Origin: Chthoniobacterales bacterium
Lineage (GTDB): Bacteria; Verrucomicrobiota; Verrucomicrobiia; Chthoniobacterales; Chthoniobacteraceae
Direction of reading: 5' to 3'
Length of the DNA stretch: 64,000 nt
Assembly: GCA_038208565.1 (NCBI GenBank)
Contig: JBBQYR010000002.1
Span: forward strand, 13,234 to 77,233
The position numbers and the translations under genes were made by a program. The stretch's first letter is position 1. Each line of letters begins with the position of its first letter. The notes under the pieces were generated by a model that worked only from the letters and a program-made list of their open reading frames with translations, ran no database searches and was not told where the DNA came from. Shown here one piece after another: positions 57,747-64,000 of the stretch.

Positions 57747-60356
57747 ATGCGAAAAATTTCCGCCCTGTTCCCCGTGCTGCTCGCCCTTTCCACCATGCTC
57801 TGCCCGGCTGCCGACAAGTGGGCGCCGTGGGTGGAAAAGGACTTCCCGTTCTTCTCCTCCGCGCTCGATCTGCGGTCGAAAGACGCGGACGAGAAGCCGT
57901 GGAATGTCGTCCCGCGCGGCCTCATCCTGAACCTCGGAAACGATTGCTGGGTGTGCTTCGACACCGAGCTCCTGCGGGTCGCTGCGGTGTGGCGGGGGAA
58001 AGGCGTGACGCCCGAGGCGCTCGGGCCGCTTTCGTATCAGGAGGCGGGAAATTTCAAGACGCTCGGCGGACAGAGCAAACTGCCCAAACCCGACGGCACC
58101 CTACTGCTGACCAATGGCGTGTATCCCGGCTGGCAGATCGGCGAGAACGTGTCGCTGAAAGATCCGCGCGAGCCGCAGCCGAGCCCGGAGGAACCCGGTC
58201 GCGGGCCACTCGCGGCGGAGCACGGACGCTTTAAGGCGGTGCGTCTCACGAGTGAAGGCGTGCTGCTGGAATACACCGTCGCGGGCGCGGCCGTGCAGGA
58301 GCGTTTCTCCGCCATGGGAGAAGGCGCGACCGCCTTTGTGCAGCGCCACATTCACCTCGCCGCGAGCCAAAAACCGCTCGCGCTCGTGCTCGGTCGCAAG
58401 CCCCTCGGCGAAAGCAGCGCCCGGTTTGCGCAGGAGAGCACTGCCCCGGTGAAGATCGTCGAAGAGCAGGACGTCTTCGCCGTGCGCATCCCGCCGCACG
58501 ACACGCCGATCGATCTCAGCTTCGCCTTTGGCGAAGGCGCGACCGCCCACCGCACGAAGTCTGCGGAGCAACCCGCCGCCCCGCGCTGGCCGCAGGTCGT
58601 CGAGACGAAGACGACCGTTTCCATCGCCAAGGACGCCTACGTCGTGGACCACATCGCGCCGCCTTTCGCCAATCCGTGGAAACGCAACGTCCGCCTTTGC
58701 GACATCGCCTTTCTCAAAGACGGCACCGCCGCCGCCACCACCTACGACGGCGACGTCTGGCTCGTCCGCGGGCTCGCGGAAAAATCCGGGCCGGTGAAGT
58801 GGAAGCGCTTCACCTCCGGGCTGCACGAACCCATGAGCTGCGCCGTCCGCAACGACGAGATCTTCGTCTTCGACCGCAACGGCATCTGGCGCCTGCGCGA
58901 CACCGATGGCAACGGCGAGGCCGATGTCCACGAGCTTTTCTCCAACGTCTTCCCGCAATCCGCCGAGACCCGCGAGTTCCCCAACTCGCTCAAGCTCGCG
59001 CCCGACGGTTCCTTCGTCATCGCCAAGGGCGGGCAGCAGGATTCCACGATCAGCAAACTCAACGGCAGCGTCCTCCGTGTGGCTGCCGATGGACAAAGCT
59101 TCGCGGTGCTCGGCTACGGTTTTCGCCAGCCCTACGCCGGCGTGAATCCGCGCACCGGGCTCGTCACCGTCGCCGACCAGGAGGGCCACTACACGCCGAC
59201 CACGCCGCTCTACATTCTGGACAAGCCGGAGTTCCACGGCTTCCTCAGCGAACTGCTGCCCAAGGAGCAATACCCCGCGCCCATCGCCGACCCGCTCACG
59301 TGGATTCCGCACCAGGTCAATGCCTCCGCCATCTCGCAGGTCTGGCTCACCGGCGCCAAAATGGGACCGCTCAATGACGCGCTCATCCACGTCGGCTTCA
59401 ATCGCCCCGAGCTTTTCCGCGTGCTGCTGAACACCCGCGGCGCGAAGCCGCAGGCCGCTGTGGTCAGCGTCGTGCGCGACTTCGACGTGCCCGCGCTCAA
59501 TGCCGCGGTCAACCCCGCCGATGGCGCGCTCTACGTCACCGGCTTCCAAGTCGTCGGCTGGGGCACCACCTCGAAGGCGCTCAGCGCCCTCGGCCGCGTG
59601 CGCTACACCGGCGCGCCTGTCACCCTGCCGCGCGAGGTCCTGCCGATGGATAAAGGCGTGCTCGTGCGCTTCGACGTGCCGCTAGATCCCAAGATCGCGA
59701 CCGACCGCGCCAGCTATACCGCCGAGAGCTGGCACTACCAGCGCACCTTCAAATACGGCTCACCCCATCTCAAAGCCGACGGCACGCCCGGCCAGGATTG
59801 GCTAACACCAAGCAGCGCGTATCTTTCCAAAGACGGCCGCAGTATCTTCGTCGGCGTGCCCGACATGAAACCCGTGCAGCAAATGCGCCTCGGCTGGGGC
59901 CTGACCACGCCCGAGGGATTGAAAGTCGAAGGCAACACCTACTTCACGCCTTACGAACTTACGAAGTTCGACCCCATCGCCGAGGGCTTCGACAAAATCG
60001 AAATCGATCTCACACCGAAACCTTCGCTCGCCAAAGGCAGCGCGCCCGCCAGCGCCGAGGAAGGCCAGCGGCTCTACAACCTCATGGGCTGCATGGCCTG
60101 CCACGCCATCGACGACGGCGTCTCGCAGCCCAAGATCGGCCCCGGCTGGCGCGGGCTCTACGGCAAAAAGCGCGACATCTTCAAAGGCGGCACCATCGAA
60201 GCCACGGACGACTATCTTCGCGAATCGATCCTAACACCCTCGGCGAAAATCCTGAAAGGCTACGAGAAAGTCGAAGCCGGCATGCCGATCTACTCCGGTG
60301 TGCTCAACGAAGCGCAGATCGACTCGCTCATTCTCTTCATCAAGACGCTGCAGTAG
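57747..60356 (+). CDS. Exported propeller-like protein with C-terminal cytochrome c (DUF6797-like)
   Basis: Signal peptide, SGLHEPM, DTDGNGEAD, GFRQP, C-terminal GCMACH..IGP..YLRESI..GMP. Confidence 0.8.
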   Translation: MRKISALFPVLLALSTMLCPAADKWAPWVEKDFPFFSSALDLRSKDADEKPWNVVPRGLILNLGNDCWVCFDTELLRVAAVWRGKGVTPEALGPLSYQEAGNFKTLGGQSKLPKPDGTLLLTNGVYPGWQIGENVSLKDPREPQPSPEEPGRGPLAAEHGRFKAVRLTSEGVLLEYTVAGAAVQERFSAMGEGATAFVQRHIHLAASQKPLALVLGRKPLGESSARFAQESTAPVKIVEEQDVFAVRIPPHDTPIDLSFAFGEGATAHRTKSAEQPAAPRWPQVVETKTTVSIAKDAYVVDHIAPPFANPWKRNVRLCDIAFLKDGTAAATTYDGDVWLVRGLAEKSGPVKWKRFTSGLHEPMSCAVRNDEIFVFDRNGIWRLRDTDGNGEADVHELFSNVFPQSAETREFPNSLKLAPDGSFVIAKGGQQDSTISKLNGSVLRVAADGQSFAVLGYGFRQPYAGVNPRTGLVTVADQEGHYTPTTPLYILDKPEFHGFLSELLPKEQYPAPIADPLTWIPHQVNASAISQVWLTGAKMGPLNDALIHVGFNRPELFRVLLNTRGAKPQAAVVSVVRDFDVPALNAAVNPADGALYVTGFQVVGWGTTSKALSALGRVRYTGAPVTLPREVLPMDKGVLVRFDVPLDPKIATDRASYTAESWHYQRTFKYGSPHLKADGTPGQDWLTPSSAYLSKDGRSIFVGVPDMKPVQQMRLGWGLTTPEGLKVEGNTYFTPYELTKFDPIAEGFDKIEIDLTPKPSLAKGSAPASAEEGQRLYNLMGCMACHAIDDGVSQPKIGPGWRGLYGKKRDIFKGGTIEATDDYLRESILTPSAKILKGYEKVEAGMPIYSGVLNEAQIDSLILFIKTLQ

Positions 60357-60359
60357 CGC

Positions 60360-61454
60360 CTAGGACAAGTGCTCGCGGAGGAAGCGGAGGAAGTTGCCGC
60401 TGAGGATGCCTTCGATGTCGGCGGCGGAATAGCCGCGCGCGGCGAGGAGCGGGCTGAGGCGGGCGAGGTCGGCGATGCTGTCGAGATCCATGGGCGTCTG
60501 CTCGGTGCCGAAGCCACCGTCGAGGTCGCTGCCGATGCCGACGTGGCGGGCATTGCCGGCGAGCTGGCAGATGTGGTCGATGTGCTCGCAGATTTTTTCG
60601 ATCTTCAGCCCGAAATCCTGCGGCTGGGAGCGGCGGTGCGCCCAGCCGTGGACCATCATGATCGCGTCGAAGGCCATGCCGATGACGGCGCCGCGGTCGA
60701 TGAGCGCCTTGATCTGGTCGTCGGCGAGCTGGCGGTTCCAGTTGGCGAGCGCGCGGCAATTGTGATGGCTCGCCCAGACGGCGCCGTGGAAATGCCCGAG
60801 CGCGTCCCAGAAGCTTTCGTCGCAGAGGTGGGTGACGTCGAGGATGAGGCCGAGCCGCTCCATTTCCGTGAGCAGCTCGCGACCCTTCGCGGGCAGCGGG
60901 CCGGCGTCGTCGGTGCCGTGGCCGTAGATGCCGGGGCCGTAGTGCACGGGGCCGAGCGCGATGAGTCCGTCGGCGCGCGATTTTTCCAAATGCCGCCAGC
61001 TCAGGATGGAGTCCGCACCTTCCAGACTGAGCAGGTAGCCGATGGGGAGCTTCGCCGCTTCTTCAGCGCTCGCGTTCTGCCACAGCGCGGCGTGGGCCTC
61101 GAGCTGCGCGGCGGTGCGGAGCTGGACGAGTTCGCCGCACTCCTCCATGGCGCGGTAATAGGCGAGCTGGCCCTGGGTGTGCGCCCAGGCTTGCTGGGGG
61201 CTGCGCCAGCCGGGGAGATTGTGAAAACGCGGCGCGTAGCGTGCGATCTGCGTGGCGACGATGATGCCGAAGCGACCGCGGCGCAGTTCGGGAAAACACA
61301 CCGTGTTCCGCTGGCGGTGCGGCAGGCCGTCGTCGGGCGTGATGAGCTCGGTGCGGCGGATCGCCTCGAGCGTGGCGCGCTGGTCGCGATTGAACTCCAT
61401 CGCGTTCATCGAGATGTCGAGGTGGGCGTCGAGGAGGAGTCGGGGGGAGTCCAT
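60360..61454 (-). CDS. Membrane dipeptidase (peptidase M19)
   Basis: DAHLD, SLEG, VHY, DVTH, ASH, GIGSDLDG. Confidence 0.92.
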   Translation of the reverse strand: MDSPRLLLDAHLDISMNAMEFNRDQRATLEAIRRTELITPDDGLPHRQRNTVCFPELRRGRFGIIVATQIARYAPRFHNLPGWRSPQQAWAHTQGQLAYYRAMEECGELVQLRTAAQLEAHAALWQNASAEEAAKLPIGYLLSLEGADSILSWRHLEKSRADGLIALGPVHYGPGIYGHGTDDAGPLPAKGRELLTEMERLGLILDVTHLCDESFWDALGHFHGAVWASHHNCRALANWNRQLADDQIKALIDRGAVIGMAFDAIMMVHGWAHRRSQPQDFGLKIEKICEHIDHICQLAGNARHVGIGSDLDGGFGTEQTPMDLDSIADLARLSPLLAARGYSAADIEGILSGNFLRFLREHLS

Positions 61455-61472
61455 GGCGAGAGGTGCGCGCGG

Positions 61473-62249
61473 TTAGTTCGAGCGTTTGTAAGGGATCTTG
61501 TACTGGTCGAGGAAAGCGCGGAATTTCGTCGCCTCGGGGCCGCCCGCTTTCAACTCGTGCTGAATGAGCCCGTCGGCCTCGGCTTGCAGGCCTTTGTTGA
61601 CCAGCGCGGTGACGAGCAGGCAGTGCCGCTCGGTCGTCGCGCGCGCCGTCACGGCCGCCCGCGCCCATTGCAGGCTCAGGTCGTGATCGCCGGTGCGCTG
61701 CGCCGCCGTGGCCCCCGTCGTATAAAGCCACGCCGCCATCTCCGGGCCGATATCGCCCGTGACGATGCTCGCGCCTTTGATCTGATCGCGCGTGGTTTCG
61801 TAGAGGCCCACCGCTTCCTTCGCCAAGGTAAAGGCCTCGGCCGGCTGGTTCGTCCCGAGCTTCTGCAACGCCTCCAGCTTCGGCGTGAGCACGGTCGGTT
61901 GGCCCATCACGGTATTGCCGACGCGCGTCCGCCCGTCGGGCAGGACGCTCGTGGTCTGCACGTGTTCGTCGAGCTGCTTGAGGTGCCAGTCCGCAGCCGC
62001 CGTCTGATCCTGCAAATCGGCGAGGATCGCCTTGGCCTTCGCCGTCTCGTCCGACAGTTCCTTGAGTTCCGCCCGGCTTAAAGTCGGGCCCGTGCTGATG
62101 GTGCGGCCTTCACTCGCCATGAGATAGACGCCCGCGCCGAGCGCGGCCACGCAGATCGGGACGACGATCATTTGCGGACGCCCGGTGGCGATCCACCACG
62201 CGCCGCCGACGAGGCTGTTGACGATTAAAAGGAGACCGACGAACTGCAT
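61473..62249 (-). CDS. Hypothetical membrane-anchored helical protein
   Basis: Two N-terminal TMs, coiled coil, TPR-like helices; ggag-like purines absent but ORF fills the gap with normal codon usage. Confidence 0.7.
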   Translation of the reverse strand: MQFVGLLLIVNSLVGGAWWIATGRPQMIVVPICVAALGAGVYLMASEGRTISTGPTLSRAELKELSDETAKAKAILADLQDQTAAADWHLKQLDEHVQTTSVLPDGRTRVGNTVMGQPTVLTPKLEALQKLGTNQPAEAFTLAKEAVGLYETTRDQIKGASIVTGDIGPEMAAWLYTTGATAAQRTGDHDLSLQWARAAVTARATTERHCLLVTALVNKGLQAEADGLIQHELKAGGPEATKFRAFLDQYKIPYKRSN

Positions 62250-62372
62250 AGGAGGTGGAGACTTCCGTGGCCGGGCCGGCTTGTAAAGCCAGCAGGCCGC
62301 GCCCGGCGCCGGACGGCCTTCACGCCCCTCGTGAAGACCCCATTCCGAGTCAGAGCCGCGCGGAAAAAACGG

Positions 62373-63113
62373 TTAGCGGCTGCGCAGCTTCGAGAGCAGG
62401 CGGAGGATTTCGAGGTAGAGCCAGATCAGCGTGACCAGCAGCGCAAAACCGGCATACCACTCCATGTATTTCGGCGCGCCGGATTGGGCGCCGTTTTCGA
62501 TCAGGTCGAAATCGAGGACGAGGTTCATCGCCGCGACGATGACCACGACGACGCTGAAGCCAATGCCGATCAGCCCGTTGCCAAAGATGCCGGGAATCTG
62601 GATGCCAAAAAAGCCAAGGACGATCGAGACGAGATAGACCAGCGCGATGCCCAAAGTCGCCGCGACGATACCACGACGGAGCCCGGCGCTAGCGCGGATG
62701 ATTCCCGTGGTGTAGGCGAAAAGCAGGGCGGCGAGCGTGCCGAAGGTGAACATCACCGCCTGCACCACGAGTCCGGGAAACTGCTTCTCGAAGAAGAAAG
62801 AAATTGCGCCCAGGAACAGCCCCTCGACGATCGCGTAGAGCGGCGCGGTGACGGGCGACCACGACTTTTTAAAGGTGGTCACGAGCGCAATGACGAAGCC
62901 GGCGATGGCGCCGCCGATCATCCAACCTTTGGCCGCGGCCGGCCCGCTGGTCGCAGCGAGATTCCAGGTATAGCCCGCGGCGATGACGGTAAAGAGAAGC
63001 AGCAGCGCGGTTTTATTGACCGCGCCCTGCACGGTCATGGTCTGGGATTCACCGACGATCGTGGGGCGGACTTCGTGGAAGGTGGTTTCGGAAAGTGTGG
63101 GATTGCCGGTCAT
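62373..63113 (-). CDS. Bax inhibitor-1/YccA family membrane protein
   Basis: MTVQGAVNKT, YAIVEGLFLG, LVLDFD, APKYMEWY, TLIWLYLEILRLL. Confidence 0.92.
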   Translation of the reverse strand: MTGNPTLSETTFHEVRPTIVGESQTMTVQGAVNKTALLLLFTVIAAGYTWNLAATSGPAAAKGWMIGGAIAGFVIALVTTFKKSWSPVTAPLYAIVEGLFLGAISFFFEKQFPGLVVQAVMFTFGTLAALLFAYTTGIIRASAGLRRGIVAATLGIALVYLVSIVLGFFGIQIPGIFGNGLIGIGFSVVVVIVAAMNLVLDFDLIENGAQSGAPKYMEWYAGFALLVTLIWLYLEILRLLSKLRSR

Positions 63114-63183
63114 GGTGGTAAAAAGATTGGGCGGGACGGTAACGCGACGGGCGGAGAAAGCGAGCGAGTTGCGCCGCGCGGCG

Positions 63184-64000
63184 TCAGCGCAGGGGCAGGA
63201 GCCAGGCGAAGAGCATCGTGAGGATGAGCCCGGCGACGCCTTGGATGGACATCATCGGCGAGATCGTGCGGAGCCCCATGGCTTCGCGCATCCCGGAGAG
63301 CCGGGTGATGATCCAGAAGCCAGCGTCGTTCATCCACGGGAAAGGCTTCGAACCGCAGCCGATGGCGATGGCGAAATAGACCGGGTGGATCGGCGCTCCG
63401 CCGGCGATGAGCGCCTTGGCGATCGGGGCGGCGGTGATCATCGCCACCGTCGCCGAGCCCTGCGCGGTGCGGACGAGGCACGTCACGAGAAAAACCGCCG
63501 GCAGCGCGAGGTGATGCACGTGCTGGAAATGGTCCGCGAGTTCGCCCGCGATGCCAGTCTGCTGGAGCACGCCGCCGAATGCACCGCCCGCGCCGATGAT
63601 GAGCAGGATCACCGCACCCTCGCTGACCGCGCTCCTCACCGCCTTTGCGCCATCGCCGCTCCGGCCGATGAGCGGCACGAGCGCCGCGAGCGCGCCGAGC
63701 GTGAGCGCCATGTCTTTGTCGCCGATCGTCTTGATGAACCACGCAAGCGCACCACCGGTTTTCTTCAGCGACTCGGAGAATGAGGCATCGAGCCCGATGA
63801 GCAGGATCGGCAGCACGACCGGCAGCAGCGCCAGGCCGAGCGAAGGCAGCACGCGCTCGGTTTTCGTCTCGGCGATTTCCTCGATCGGAACCTCCAGAGC
63901 GTAACGCCGATTGGACCAATGCGCGAAGACCACGCCGACCAGCGCGGCGCCGAGACCGATCAAGCTGCCCATGCCGATCATGAGCCCGAGCGGCACTCCG
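63184..64000 (-). CDS. GntP family sugar-acid permease, 3' part (5' end beyond window)
   Basis: LPVVLPILL, IIGAGGAFG, RTAQGSATVAMIT, MNDAGFW. Confidence 0.9.
   Translation of the reverse strand, partial: GVPLGLMIGMGSLIGLGAALVGVVFAHWSNRRYALEVPIEEIAETKTERVLPSLGLALLPVVLPILLIGLDASFSESLKKTGGALAWFIKTIGDKDMALTLGALAALVPLIGRSGDGAKAVRSAVSEGAVILLIIGAGGAFGGVLQQTGIAGELADHFQHVHHLALPAVFLVTCLVRTAQGSATVAMITAAPIAKALIAGGAPIHPVYFAIAIGCGSKPFPWMNDAGFWIITRLSGMREAMGLRTISPMMSIQGVAGLILTMLFAWLLPLR

Noticed and set aside
3754-62081. Many long antisense ORFs (e.g. 3754..5763, 9505..12111, 13842..16292, 28010..30292, 45521..47377, 60369..62081)
   Set aside because: Mirror frames of well-supported genes; expected in high-GC DNA where stops are rare; no motifs.
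1-64000. tRNA, rRNA, CRISPR array, IS or integrase
   Set aside because: No cloverleaf/T-loop signatures, spaced repeats or transposase/recombinase motifs were recognised by eye; short RNAs could have been missed.

Overview
High-GC, gene-dense bacterial DNA. The gene repertoire (planctomycete-type cytochrome c/DUF1549/DUF1553/DUF1501 clusters, REP-like palindromes) suggests the PVC superphylum, probably Verrucomicrobiota; this is an inference. From left to right: (i) the 5' part of a type I PKS (KS-AT-DH, minus strand, runs off the window and is missing from the ORF track), divergent from an asparagine synthase-like gene; (ii) three exported proteins (TPR protein, lipoprotein amidase, Tat-exported Asp-box propeller); (iii) two clusters of exported cytochrome c/DUF1549/DUF1553, DUF1501, WD40 and PPC genes (9.6-20.5 kb and 28.1-33.0 kb), where the second encodes as separate genes what the first encodes as one fusion; (iv) a metallophosphoesterase, a stand-alone cNMP-binding protein, a Fic protein and a gene remnant; (v) sugar-acid dehydratase and DHDPS-family genes separated by an internally deleted hybrid histidine kinase; (vi) an ECF sigma factor and a REC-PP2C phosphatase; (vii) a ~22 kb Wzx/Wzy exopolysaccharide locus with a short OPX plus separate beta-barrel, a GMC oxidoreductase and fused glycosyltransferases; (viii) a propeller-cytochrome c protein, M19 dipeptidase, a membrane protein, YccA and a partial GntP. 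I saw no rRNA, tRNA, CRISPR array, transposase or integrase. All family assignments come from motifs recognised by eye, not from database searches.
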